A stretch of DNA of 64,000 nt from Acidobacteriota bacterium (GTDB taxonomy: Bacteria; Acidobacteriota; UBA890; WLXD01): positions 47,695 to 111,694 of the forward strand of contig CBDAMQ010000020.1 in assembly GCA_965197275.1 (NCBI GenBank), written 5' to 3'. The translations under genes and the position numbers were made by a program. Shown piece by piece: positions 47,748-58,109 of this stretch (positions are counted from its first letter, which is position 1; each line of letters begins with the position of its first letter). The notes beneath the pieces are model-generated. The model ran no database searches. It was not told the DNA's origin and saw nothing but the letters and a program-made list of their open reading frames with translations.

Positions 47748-49828
47748 CAGCCGGCCCGCACCAGCCGCATGCGCGTACGCCAGGCGTTGCGCAGGCGCTC
47801 ACGGTAGCCGGTCGCCTCCGGGTCGCTGCCATCCACCAGGGCGCGAGCGATGTCACGAGCTTCTTCGAACCAGTCCGCGTGCGCGTACGGATCGCCGATG
47901 CGGAGCTCCACCGGTCCGGCCTGTCGAGTTCCGAGAACCTCGCCGGGGCCACGGAGCCGGAGGTCCTCCTCGGCGATGCGAAACCCGTCGCTGATCTCGC
48001 AGAGCGTTCGCAATCGCTGTGTCGCTGCGTCATTGACGTCGCCGCGCGGTACCAACCAGCATTTGCCGGGAAGCGCTCCTCTTCCGACGCGACCGCGCAG
48101 TTGATGCAGCTGTGCCAGACCGAAGTGCTCGGCGCCCTCGATTACCATCAGCGTTGCCTCTGGGACATCGACCCCGACCTCGATGACGGTCGTGGCTACC
48201 AGCACCGGAGTCGCTCCGCTAATGAAGCTGTGCATCGCTTGCGCCTTGCTATCCGCATCCATGTCACCGTGCACGAGGCCGACGGCAAGGCGCGGGTTCC
48301 GCACCCTCAACTGGCGCGCCAGTTCCACGGCGGAAATGCGGTCGTCTGTGGTGTCCTCGATGCGTGGCGCCACGACGAACGCGCGCTCCCCTGCTGCTGC
48401 GAGCCGGCGCAGCTCCAGATCGATCTCGTCGAGCTCGCTGCTGCGCAGCCACCGCGTCGTGGTCGTGCTGCGTCCGGGCGGTAGCTCATCGATCTGACTG
48501 ACGTCAAGATCGCCGTACAGAGACAGGGCCAGGCTGCGCGGAATCGGTGTCGCGGTCATCACCAGCAGGTCCGGCTGGGCCTGTTGACGACGTCCACGGG
48601 ATCCGAGCAGCGCGCGTTGAGCCACACCGAACCGGTGTTGCTCATCGACCACGACCAAGCCGAGGCTCGCGAAGCGCACACGTGGCTGGAGCAGAGCCTG
48701 CGTACCCACGACGATGCGGCAATCGCCGCGCTGCAGCGCAGCGAGAGTGTCGCGTCGACGCGGCGCATCGGTGGATGCCGTCAAGGCCGCCACCTCGATT
48801 CCGAGACTCTCCCCCCATGCCTGCAGGGTGCGGGCGTGTTGGTTGGCCACGATTGCGCTCGGCACCAGCAGGGCCGCTTGCTCACCGTGTAACGCCACCG
48901 CGAACATGGCGCAGGCGGCGACCGCTGTCTTGCCGCATCCCACGTCGCCTTGCAGCAGCCGATGCATCGCACCGGGTGCCGAGAGGTCGCCGATGATCTG
49001 GTCAACGCATCGCCGCTGCGCGGGCGTCATGCGAAACGGCAGGGCCGCCTCGATACGGCCACGCACCTGCTCACCGATCTGGCGCGCGAATCCCGGCTCG
49101 GTGGCGGCTCGACGCCGCTGCAGCATGAGGGCTGCCTGGTAGTCGACGAACTCCTGGACGATGAGGCGCCGATGCGCCGGCGAGCGACGGGCATTCCATA
49201 GGTCCAGGTCACTGTCGGGCGGCGGGTAGTGCACGTCCCGCAGCGCGCTGCCCAGGTCGAGGAGTTGGTGCGATCGGACGGCGGAGTCGGGCAATGGATC
49301 AAACACCTGGTCCAGCCCCTCCAGGCCGGCGGCAAGTAGGCGTCGCATCGATCCCGAGCCGAGACCTCCGGCACTCGGGTAAATCGGGACGTGGCGGCCC
49401 ATGTGCGGCGACTCCTCGCCATCGTCAACCTCCACCGCAAGCGCCGGATTCACCATTTGCAGGCCGCCCTCGTGCGACAGCGGACGTCCGTACAGCCGGA
49501 TCGGGCTACCAACGGCCAACCGATCGACCACGTAGCCTTGGTTGAACCACACGGCAGCGATGGAGCCGCTGGGGTCGTCCGCCTTCAATTCTGCGCGGGA
49601 GCGCCGGCCCGGTGGTCCCGCGCGCCGGCAGGAGCGCACGACGACGTCGACGCAGGCCGGTTCACCGACGACCAGATCGGCGACCCGTACCACCCGCGAG
49701 CGGTCTTCATAGCGGCGGGGAAGAAACGTCAGCAGGTCGCCGATGGTCAGAACGCCGGCGCGTCGCAGTTGCTCGGCCCGACGGGGCCCGACTCCGGGAA
49801 CTGCCTGTACCCCTTCCTCTAGCTGCAT
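47747..49828 (-). CDS. recG: ATP-dependent DNA helicase RecG
   Basis: PRRYEDR wedge, QGDVGCGKT, DEQHRFGV, TATPIPR, QLRGRVGR, DLRLRGPGE. Confidence 0.96.
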   Translation of the reverse strand: MQLEEGVQAVPGVGPRRAEQLRRAGVLTIGDLLTFLPRRYEDRSRVVRVADLVVGEPACVDVVVRSCRRAGPPGRRSRAELKADDPSGSIAAVWFNQGYVVDRLAVGSPIRLYGRPLSHEGGLQMVNPALAVEVDDGEESPHMGRHVPIYPSAGGLGSGSMRRLLAAGLEGLDQVFDPLPDSAVRSHQLLDLGSALRDVHYPPPDSDLDLWNARRSPAHRRLIVQEFVDYQAALMLQRRRAATEPGFARQIGEQVRGRIEAALPFRMTPAQRRCVDQIIGDLSAPGAMHRLLQGDVGCGKTAVAACAMFAVALHGEQAALLVPSAIVANQHARTLQAWGESLGIEVAALTASTDAPRRRDTLAALQRGDCRIVVGTQALLQPRVRFASLGLVVVDEQHRFGVAQRALLGSRGRRQQAQPDLLVMTATPIPRSLALSLYGDLDVSQIDELPPGRSTTTTRWLRSSELDEIDLELRRLAAAGERAFVVAPRIEDTTDDRISAVELARQLRVRNPRLAVGLVHGDMDADSKAQAMHSFISGATPVLVATTVIEVGVDVPEATLMVIEGAEHFGLAQLHQLRGRVGRGALPGKCWLVPRGDVNDAATQRLRTLCEISDGFRIAEEDLRLRGPGEVLGTRQAGPVELRIGDPYAHADWFEEARDIARALVDGSDPEATGYRERLRNAWRTRMRLVRAG

Positions 49829-49883
49829 GCGGGACGCTCCCCGGGGAGCCTCGGCGAGTGAACGGCGAGCGGCGTACGCCGTC

Positions 49884-52805
49884 TCAGTTCAGCCGCACCG
49901 ATACCAGCTTGGAAACACCGCTGTCCTCCATGGTCACGCCGTACAGGAGGTCGGCCACCTCCATGCTCAGCTTGTTGTGCGTGATCAGGATGAACTGCGC
50001 CCGGTCCTGGAAGTGGTTCAGGGCTCGAACAAAACGCCCGACGTTGCTCTCGTCGAGGGCCGCGTCGGCCTCGTCGAGAATGCAAAAGGGCGACGGGTGA
50101 TACTCGAAGATGGCGAACATCAACGCCAGCGCGATCATCGAGCGCTCACCGCCGGACATCAGGCGGATGCTCTGCAGGGTCTTGCCGGGCGGTTGCGCAA
50201 CGATCTCGATGCCGCTGTTGAGCGGATCGTCGACGCTCTCGAGCCGCATCCCGGCTCGGCCGCCGCCGAACAGCTGCCGGAAGATGCGATTGAAGTACCC
50301 GTCGATGCACTCGAATGCCTCGGTAAACCGCCCGACGCAGTCAACGTCGATCTTCTTGATCGCCTCGCGCAGATTGGTGGTGGCGGCCTGCAGGTCGGAG
50401 CGTTGGCCATCTAGCTCTTCGAAACGGTCCTTTTGGGATTCGTAGTCCTCGTAGGCGACGAGGTTCACCGGACCGAGCCGGTCGATAGCAGTGCGGGCCT
50501 CGCGCACCTCCTGTTCCAGATCCGTTTCGCTCTGCGCCTCGTCGTCCGCTTCCGATCGATCACCGTCGCCAGAGTCGGCGGAGACGGACGGCAACAATTG
50601 CGCCGGATCGATGTCCAAGCGCTCGCGGATCTGTTCGTGCAGATGGTTGCGTTGCAGGCGTACCTCGGCAGCGTGCACATCAGTCGCCGAGCGGCGCGCC
50701 TGGGCATTCTCGACGGCGCTCCGCCTCGCCGCCACTGCGGACTCCAGCGCCGCGAGCTCGAACTCGTCGGCAAGCTCACCGTCATCGTCTTCCTGTAGCT
50801 GTTCCTCGAGGTCGTCACACAGCTTCCTGGACGTCTCCGCTCGCTCGTCGGCGGTCACAGCATGTGCCTCGGCAGCAGCTTCGCTGGTGGTCAGCGCCTT
50901 GGCCTCGGCGTGCAGCCGGGCCAGCTCCACGTCCTGTCTCTGCTGCGCCGCCTCCGCAACCTGGAGCTCGCGCGCCGCGGCTGCAGCCTGAGCACGCGCC
51001 GCCCCGAGCGCTGCCTGCGCTCGGTCGACCGCGAGTCGCAACGCCTCGGCCTCCGCTGAAGGAACTGTGACCGCCGTGGTCGATACGGGGAGGTCGACTC
51101 GCACACCGGCGTGTGCGCTCTCGGCGATGCGATCCACCGATTCGTTGCGATAACGGATCTCGGCCCCCCGTGCCCAAACGTGACCGGACGCATCGACGAA
51201 TCCGTGTCCGGGGTGCGCTGCCGCAAGTCGCAGCGCGTCCTCGAGCGTCTCCACCAGCCAGACATTGGACAGCAGATCCTCCAGAACCGCTTGCGCGCCG
51301 GCGCCGAGCCCCCGCGCGTGCACCCTGAGCGGCTCCAGATCCTGCTCCGGCGGATCGCCGGCGACCGGCCCCGTACTCGGCTGGCGCAGGCCAGCGGATA
51401 CTCCGCGGCGTGCCTCGGCCGCCTGCAACCAAGTGTCGATCTGCTCTGCCGACAACATGGGCAAACGCAGGCTGTCGCCCAGCGCCAGTGCAGCAGCGCC
51501 ACGGAACTCCGGCTCGACTTCGATACAGGCTGCCAGCGTGCTGAGCTCCATGCTGCTGTCAGCAGCCGTGGTGCCATCCAGATGCGTGATCGGGTCAACG
51601 CGCTCGCTTGCCTCCTGCAGCAAACGTTCTGCGGAACGCGCCGCCTGATCGGCCTCGCCCGATGAGCGGCGTCGCGCCTCGACGACCGACTCGGCCTCGT
51701 CTCGTCCCGTTTGCTGGGCTTCACACTTTCGGCGCAGCTCTTCCTGCCTCTCGACCACGAATGCGGCGCGATCGCGCTGCCGTGAGGCCTCCGATCGGGC
51801 ACGCTCGTGCCCCACCTGCGCATGGTAGAGCTGCTGTCGCAGCTGCTCGCGCTCTTGACGCTGCTGGCGCCAAGCCTTGCGGGCCAGTTCCCATGCCCGA
51901 GTAGCGAGCTCGAGCTCGTCGCGGGCGACCTGCTCGCCAAGGGTCGTCGCCTCCATCGCCGCGGCGGCGAGACGGGCTCCGTTCTCGGCGGACTGTAGCC
52001 GGATGCAGAACCAACGACGCTCCACATCGCGCAGCTTCTCGCGCAGAGCGCGGTAGCGACGAGCCCGGCCTGCTTGCCGTTTGAGACTCCGCATCTGCCT
52101 GGCGACCTCCTGGCAGATGTCGTCGACGCGCGCCAGATCTTGGGCTGTGGCCTCGAGCTTGAGGTCGGTGCCGTGCCGGTGCCGGCGGTACAACGAGATC
52201 CCCGCCGCCTCCTCGATCGGCGCGCGGCGCTCGAACGGGCTCGCCGAGAGGATCTGGTCGATGCGTCCCTGGCCGATAGTGAAGCAGGCGCGCGAGCCGA
52301 GACCCGTCCCCAGCAGCCGCTCTCGAATGTCGCGCAGCAGGCACTTCTTGCCGTTGAGCAGGTACTCGCTGTCGCCGGAGCGGAAAAGGCGACGGGTGAT
52401 CGCCAGCTCGCCGCCGGTATCCGTGTCGGCGCCCGTAGCCAGGACCTCGGCATCGCGGGCATGGGTAGCGTGATCCCCTGTCCTGCTGCTCTTGCCGCCA
52501 CCGTTGGCCGTAAACAGGTCGGCTTCCGGGTCTTCCCGAGTCGTCAGATGGAGAGTGACCTCGGCGGTGCCCGTCGCCTTGCGGCCGGCGCTGCCCTGAA
52601 AGATCACGTCCTTCATGCGTTGCGCCCGGAGCAGGCTAGTGCTCTGCTCGCCGAGTGCCCAGACGATCGCGTCGGAGATATTGCTCTTGCCGCACCCGTT
52701 GGGGCCAACTACAGCGGTAATCCCCTCGGGGAAGACGAGCTCAGACGCGTCGGCGAACGACTTGAAGCCGCGAATATCGAGCTTCGATAGACGCCACACG
52801 GGCAC
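49884..52805 (-). CDS. smc: Chromosome segregation protein Smc (unusually short, 973 aa)
   Basis: GFKSF, GPNGCGKSN, QGRID, coiled coils, hinge-like LAACIEV...ALALG, LGPVN, MSGGERS, ILDEADAALD, ITHN. Confidence 0.9.
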   Translation of the reverse strand: MPVWRLSKLDIRGFKSFADASELVFPEGITAVVGPNGCGKSNISDAIVWALGEQSTSLLRAQRMKDVIFQGSAGRKATGTAEVTLHLTTREDPEADLFTANGGGKSSRTGDHATHARDAEVLATGADTDTGGELAITRRLFRSGDSEYLLNGKKCLLRDIRERLLGTGLGSRACFTIGQGRIDQILSASPFERRAPIEEAAGISLYRRHRHGTDLKLEATAQDLARVDDICQEVARQMRSLKRQAGRARRYRALREKLRDVERRWFCIRLQSAENGARLAAAAMEATTLGEQVARDELELATRAWELARKAWRQQRQEREQLRQQLYHAQVGHERARSEASRQRDRAAFVVERQEELRRKCEAQQTGRDEAESVVEARRRSSGEADQAARSAERLLQEASERVDPITHLDGTTAADSSMELSTLAACIEVEPEFRGAAALALGDSLRLPMLSAEQIDTWLQAAEARRGVSAGLRQPSTGPVAGDPPEQDLEPLRVHARGLGAGAQAVLEDLLSNVWLVETLEDALRLAAAHPGHGFVDASGHVWARGAEIRYRNESVDRIAESAHAGVRVDLPVSTTAVTVPSAEAEALRLAVDRAQAALGAARAQAAAAARELQVAEAAQQRQDVELARLHAEAKALTTSEAAAEAHAVTADERAETSRKLCDDLEEQLQEDDDGELADEFELAALESAVAARRSAVENAQARRSATDVHAAEVRLQRNHLHEQIRERLDIDPAQLLPSVSADSGDGDRSEADDEAQSETDLEQEVREARTAIDRLGPVNLVAYEDYESQKDRFEELDGQRSDLQAATTNLREAIKKIDVDCVGRFTEAFECIDGYFNRIFRQLFGGGRAGMRLESVDDPLNSGIEIVAQPPGKTLQSIRLMSGGERSMIALALMFAIFEYHPSPFCILDEADAALDESNVGRFVRALNHFQDRAQFILITHNKLSMEVADLLYGVTMEDSGVSKLVSVRLN

Positions 52806-52979
52806 CTACCTCCAGTCCCAGATTTACCCCGAAAGCGGGTGCCCCGGACGATGCGCGAGCCGAGACCCCCTCGCTCCGCTTTCGCCCCACCGGCGGCGAG
52901 TGTAGCACGGTGCGCCACCCTCGCCTACGAGCGCCGCCAAGCGCCGCAGAGGCGTGACAATCATAGCGCCAGGGTCGAT

Positions 52980-53008
52980 TTGCGACCCCTTTTCCCCGTC
53001 AGTAGACT
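52980..53008 (+). promoter_or_regulatory. Putative sigma70 promoter of tRNA-Thr
   Basis: TTGCGA (52980-52985), 17-nt spacer, TAGACT (53003-53008), 11 nt before the tRNA. Confidence 0.65.
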
Positions 53009-53019
53009 CCGCTCCGATG

Positions 53020-53091
53020 GCCGGCGTAGCTCAGTGGCAGAGCAGCTGATTCGTAATCAGCAGGTCCGCGGTTCGAATCCGCGCGCCGGCT
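53020..53091 (+). tRNA. tRNA-Thr(CGT)
   Basis: Acceptor GCCGGCG/CGCCGGC, D arm GCTC-AGTGGCA-GAGC, anticodon stem GCTGA/TCAGC with loop TTCGTAA, T arm CGCGG-TTCGAAT-CCGCG; CCA not encoded. Confidence 0.96.
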
Positions 53092-53437
53092 CCTTGTCTT
53101 CGGCATCAAGCTTCGGACGTGTTACCTATATGTCACCCGCAGCGACACTGTTTCGCAGGGGTGCCGAGCAGCTCCGGCGGGCCTATGGTCGACTCCCGAC
53201 TTCCGGGAGTTCTTTGAATCTCGAGTCCAAGTCGGTCCAGCTCCCTAGCTGCGCGAGCCAGTGCGAGCCTCGCCCTACTGAGTCAACGCTGCAGGCCCGG
53301 CTGTTGGCGAGAGTTCGAAGCCGACCGCCGATAGCGTAGATTCAGCATGACAAGCGCTAGTACCTGGAGTCTCTCAAACCAGACATGCGTCTGGTCTCTG
53401 GCAGAGCGGGACACGGAGTACTCGAGGTTGGAAACCC

Positions 53438-54769
53438 TCAGTCCTGCCGGCTCGGAGTCGCTTCCCAGTCCTGGACGCTGGAACGGTCGGGTAGACCCCA
53501 CTGGGCGCCAGACCATCCGTTGAAGCCCTCCATCCGGAAGACCCAGAAGCCGGTGGTCATATCGGAGCCGACGATAAGCCCGTCGCTGTTGCGCACGTCG
53601 ACGCCGAACAGACCGTCGCACATGGTGCAGCGTTCCTCGGCGGGGCCTCCGAGAAACGTGTCGTAGTAGCCGATCGTGGCGGGGTTGAGGGGGTCCTGCA
53701 TGGTGAACACCTGCAGACCGTCCAGGTACCCCGAAACGAAGACGTACGGCCAGCGCACCTCGTGGTTGTGGACCAGATTGCGCCAGTCCGCGGTCCAAGC
53801 GCTGATGGGAGTACGGATGTTCTTCTGTTCACCGTCGAGTGCCGGCTGCAAGTCGAAGATGCGCAGCGGAGCGTACTGGTACTCCGCCTCGGCGATCACG
53901 TAGCGCCCGTCGGGAGAGGGAGTGAATGTGTGGCCCCAGTCCACGCCGGCGATGCCGGTGAGCGAGACGATCATCGAGGGGTTCTCGAGATCCGTAATGT
54001 CGAACACGTAGTAGCCGCCCGTGCCGCCGCCGTAGAACCGGTCGGTCCCCGTGTCCTCATGCCAGCCCACGTACATGTCGTGGTAGCTGCCTTGCTCGTT
54101 GGGGCCGAAATCGCCCAGCGGCACTTTGGCCACCAACGCCGCGTCCATCGCACCCTCGACCACATGCGCCATGTCGTAGACGTGGCCGAACGGGCCGCCC
54201 ACGGTCGTGAACAGGAGCGGCCGACCGTTGGAGTGCTTGTACATGAAGATGTTGTGGAAGCCGCCGGGGTTCTCGGGAGCATGAACCCGCGCCACCTCGG
54301 TGTAGCTGTCCGGCAGATCGGTCACGTCGAGCACAACGGCGCCCAGATCGGAGTTCGGGCCGCCCTGGCCGAACTGAACCGACTGGACCAGGTAATAGCG
54401 GCCGTCCCACTTGAAGTACTTCACGTCCATGCCGCCCAGGCCCTGGTGCAGATCCTGATTCTCGATGCGCCACTCGTGAATGATCTTCGGGTCGGCGGGA
54501 TCGGACAGGTCGATGATGTCGGTCCCTCGTTCCCCCCAGCTCCCGTAGACCATCCGTCCGACGTAGGCGAACGGCCGGCCCGGGTCCTGCTCGATCTCGA
54601 TGTCCGCGACGTTGCGTGCCGGCCCTAGCGGAAGGTGCGCAAGCACCTCGATGTTGTCGCTGCCGCGCTTGTCCGGCGTCCATTGCGCGGTCCCTTGGGA
54701 GGATGCGGTTGCGTTCACCGAGGCGAGGAACCCGAGGGCAGTGAGAAGAACCAGGAAACGTCGCCGCAT
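53438..54769 (-). CDS. Secreted LVIVD-repeat / choice-of-anchor-B-like beta-propeller protein
   Basis: Signal peptide; repeats IIDLSDPADP, VFDITDLENP, LRIFDL, VSGYLDGLQVF, IGYYDT; several conserved-looking His. Confidence 0.7.
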   Translation of the reverse strand: MRRRFLVLLTALGFLASVNATASSQGTAQWTPDKRGSDNIEVLAHLPLGPARNVADIEIEQDPGRPFAYVGRMVYGSWGERGTDIIDLSDPADPKIIHEWRIENQDLHQGLGGMDVKYFKWDGRYYLVQSVQFGQGGPNSDLGAVVLDVTDLPDSYTEVARVHAPENPGGFHNIFMYKHSNGRPLLFTTVGGPFGHVYDMAHVVEGAMDAALVAKVPLGDFGPNEQGSYHDMYVGWHEDTGTDRFYGGGTGGYYVFDITDLENPSMIVSLTGIAGVDWGHTFTPSPDGRYVIAEAEYQYAPLRIFDLQPALDGEQKNIRTPISAWTADWRNLVHNHEVRWPYVFVSGYLDGLQVFTMQDPLNPATIGYYDTFLGGPAEERCTMCDGLFGVDVRNSDGLIVGSDMTTGFWVFRMEGFNGWSGAQWGLPDRSSVQDWEATPSRQD

Positions 54770-54847
54770 GCGAACACCTCTCAGGAGCGAGTTGAAAGCC
54801 GCTACGACTATACCGAGGCAACCAGCATCCGGCCGCGCGTGTCTCGG

Positions 54848-56374
54848 CTAGCGTCGAAGCTCTACCAGACTCAGGTCGTTGACCCCGTCGATGATCTTGG
54901 CGAATGCACGGGCGACGGCCTCGAGCCCGACGGACGGCACCAGGGCGGGAATGTCGAGGTCCGTATGCTTGTGCTCCGGGGAGCGAATGAGCTGGATCGA
55001 CGGGGCCTCCTCGTCGATGGAACCGATCTCTCCCGAGGCGCTCGGATGCATCGGGCCGGCGATGCTCACGCCGAACGTGCGGTAGGCACCGAGCGCCAGG
55101 TTCAGGAGCTCGTCGCTGCCGTGCACCCACCAGCGGCGCGGGGAAATGCCCGCCGTGCGTCTCAGCTCGGTCTCCCACCCGAGGAACTGCGTCGGGGAGA
55201 TGTGCTCGGCGTTGAGCAACAGAGCGCACTTCTCGAGCAATCCCTGTTCGAGCATGTAGGGTGAGTTGGGCGAGCCGATGTGGTGGCCAGCGGTGCCGAC
55301 GAAGATCATGTCCCGACGCCGTTGCTCACGCGGCAGACGCGAGAAGTGCTCGGCAAGGGCGACCATGACCGCGAGTCCCGAGGCGTTGTCGAGAGCGGCG
55401 TCGAACCAGCCGTCCTGGTGAGCCGTGACGATGATCGTCTCGTCCGTCATGCCGGGCAGCGTGGCGTACTGACTGTGGCTGGTGAGACCCTCACGCATGT
55501 CGAGCTGCAAGCTGGCGGAGATCCTCACGGGGCCCGCGGCAATCAGATCGCGCAGGTGCTTGCCGTCCTCGTACCCGATCCAGAAGCCGGGTGTGGCGAG
55601 CGCCGGCATATCCTGGATCACTCCCAGGTTCTCCGCATAACCCCAGATGCCGACCGTGAGCGCCGCCCCGGCCGATTCCGCGCGCTGCGTCACCTGCTCC
55701 CAGCGGGAAGAGTTCCCCATCTGGCCTGGCGCCAGCATGGCGTGAAACACGACGGCTTTGCCGGCAACGTCGCGACCAGCGAAGTCGGCGGCGGTGCCGA
55801 GTCCCACCCAGACGGCATCGACGCCCGTCGAGTCGGGCATCGGTGGCGGCGTGATAACGGTCGGATCGGTATACCGACCCGACCCCCACACGGTTCTCGG
55901 GGGCGCCGGGTAGGCACTCGGGAACGTCAGCGTCTGTCCGTTGGCGGTTGCCGTAAGCTCCCAGTCGCGTGGCCACCACTGCGGACCGAGCTCGAACTCC
56001 ACGCGGTGGAGCTTCTCGAGCCCGAGGTCCCGGAAGCGGGCCTCGAGCCAGTCCGTCGTCATCCGCTCGTACTCGGATCCGGCGATGCGTCCCCAGTAAC
56101 GGTTGCCGTCGTCCCGGCTGCGGTGCGAGAAGGCGACAACCTCCTCGAGCATCTCCTTGATGAGGCGCCCCTCGATATCTGCATACCGCCGATCGGCGGG
56201 GGAAAGCGGCATGCGCATGTAGTCGAAGGCGTCGTCGCGAACCTCACCGTCGGCGTCCAGCAGGACGCTGGCGTCCTGGGCGCGCAGCTCGGCCACCGGA
56301 ACTCCGAGGCTAGCGACGGACGCCACGATGGCGATCGTGAGGGCCTGAGCTCGAGGGATTGCCTCCGTTCGCAT
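54848..56374 (-). CDS. Secreted M28-family peptidase with PA domain
   Basis: Signal peptide; GRIAGS, PA-domain VWVGLGTAADFAGRDVAGK, TAHQDG, ALDNASG, NAEH, HTDLD. Confidence 0.75.
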   Translation of the reverse strand: MRTEAIPRAQALTIAIVASVASLGVPVAELRAQDASVLLDADGEVRDDAFDYMRMPLSPADRRYADIEGRLIKEMLEEVVAFSHRSRDDGNRYWGRIAGSEYERMTTDWLEARFRDLGLEKLHRVEFELGPQWWPRDWELTATANGQTLTFPSAYPAPPRTVWGSGRYTDPTVITPPPMPDSTGVDAVWVGLGTAADFAGRDVAGKAVVFHAMLAPGQMGNSSRWEQVTQRAESAGAALTVGIWGYAENLGVIQDMPALATPGFWIGYEDGKHLRDLIAAGPVRISASLQLDMREGLTSHSQYATLPGMTDETIIVTAHQDGWFDAALDNASGLAVMVALAEHFSRLPREQRRRDMIFVGTAGHHIGSPNSPYMLEQGLLEKCALLLNAEHISPTQFLGWETELRRTAGISPRRWWVHGSDELLNLALGAYRTFGVSIAGPMHPSASGEIGSIDEEAPSIQLIRSPEHKHTDLDIPALVPSVGLEAVARAFAKIIDGVNDLSLVELRR

Positions 56375-57699
56375 CGCGGGCCTCCGATGGATCTGTCAAC
56401 TGTGTCCGGCGCGTATCATACAGCCGAGCGATCGGCTCATCCGTGGACCCAACGCCGATCGGGCTGGTGCGGTGGATCAACGAGCAGCTGCACCGCTAGA
56501 GGCCCCCGACCGGGTCGAGCGACGCGGGCCGGAGCGCTGTGGCGTCCTGTTTCTGATCGCCGCCAAAGCCGAGGCGGATGCGCCGTACCTTGCAGCGGCG
56601 GCGCCAGCCGGCGGCCCTCGGCGAGCTTCTACCGACGATGTGCCGGGCAATCGCCGACTAGTGCGCAACAGCCGCGCCGACTCTCTTGCTCGTGGGTCGC
56701 CGGACGCTCCAGGTTCAATCCAGACCGAACGCCAGCAGCACGTTGCCCGGTGCGCCGCCGAGGATGGCGTAGCCGGACCCCATGTAGAGCATGCCGTCGA
56801 CGATCGTCGCGCTAGCACCGCCGAAGCCGCCGCCGAAGCCCTCGACGCCGTTGATGGTGTCGAAATCGCGCAGCGTGACGAACTCCCAGAGAATGCTGCC
56901 GTCCTCGGTCGAGTACGACCGCATGACGCCGTCGCGCGAGCCGGTCAGCACAGCTCCCTCGATGACGCTGGCGGCGGCCCAGTTACCGGAGTGGCACGTC
57001 TGCGTCGGTTCCAGGATCCTCGCAGTCGGTGCGTTGGGGAATCGGCGTGTGCCAGGCGCGCGAGCCGTCCTCGGCGCGCAACGCGGCGATGCTACCGCTG
57101 CCATCCGCGTAACGGCATCGGCTTGAAGTAGTACTCGCCGTTGAAGCCACCGCCGAACCCGGCGTTGGATGCGGCCATTGCGTCGCCGGCCTGCGCTACC
57201 CACAGGATGGCGCCCTCGTTGTCGGGATCGAGCGCCGTCACCCGACCGCTCTCCTGCCCCTGGATCAGAACGCGGCGGCCATCGTCGAGGGTGTGCAGCA
57301 CGGGTGATCCTGAAGGATCGTCGTCCGGACCGTTGACGAAGCCCGGGCAATTGAGGCGGATCTGCTCCGCGCTCATCCCGCATCCGCCGCCATGGCGGTC
57401 GTAGACGGTCGCCAGCAGCTGGGTCCACCAGAGCCGGTCGCCGGTGTCCATGTCGAAGGCGAACACGGCATTGCAGGCTTCCTGGTCGTACTCGAACTCG
57501 CCGGGCTCGAAGAACTCGGTGATGTAGCAGTTGCCTGCGGTGGCGTAGACCCAAGCGCTTTTCCATGTCGAGGGTGGGCGCGTTCCACACCGCCGCTCCG
57601 GCAGGCCCCCAGAGCTCGGTGCCGGCGGCGTTCGTACCCATGACCTTGCCCCGCTTTCCGGACACTTAGTTAAGATCCATTGTCGTAGTCGTATTAGCG

Positions 57700-57788
57700 G
57701 CTGTGGGAGCTGTTGGCAACGCGGAGCGTTGTCCAAGCGACGGTGGAAATCGGGAGTCGATTTCCACGGGCGCGTCAGCTTCCACAGC
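57700..57788. repeat. Nested palindromic element (three-way junction) inside the IS3, downstream of OrfB
   Basis: GCTGTGGGAGCTG/CAGCTTCCACAGC encloses TTGGCAACGC/GCGTTGTCCAA and GTGGAAATCG/CGATTTCCAC hairpins. Confidence 0.75.
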
Positions 57789-58109
57789 TGATTGGCCCGC
57801 TCTGGCCTGGCCGCCGCATTGCCGCCTCGAACTGAGCCGGACTCTGGTCTCCGATCGAGGTGTGCATGCGAGCCCGGTTGTAGAACACTTCGATGTAGTG
57901 GAACAACTCGGCTCGGGCCGCCGCCCGGGAACTGAAGCAGCCACCGAGTTCGAACTTCAGGGTAGAGAAGAAACTCTCCATCGGCGCGTTATCCCAGCAG
58001 TCTCCTTTCCTGCTCATGCTGATGGCGTAGCCACGGTCACGCAGCATGTCTAGAGTAATGCCGTCGACTGATCGTACTGCGCTAGCACGCGGTCGCTGTG
58101 ATGGAGCAC
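57775..58109 (-). pseudogene. IS3 transposase OrfB C-terminal (DDE integrase core) fragment
   Basis: HHSDR (second Asp), DNAPMESFF (Glu), FYNRARMHTSIGDQSPAQFE; no intact upstream frame. Confidence 0.88.

Noticed and set aside
56400-56714. Gene remnant or ncRNA between the M28 peptidase and the PQQ gene
   Set aside because: Only a short frame (VDPTPIGLVRWINEQLHR) and weak hairpins; no assignable identity.
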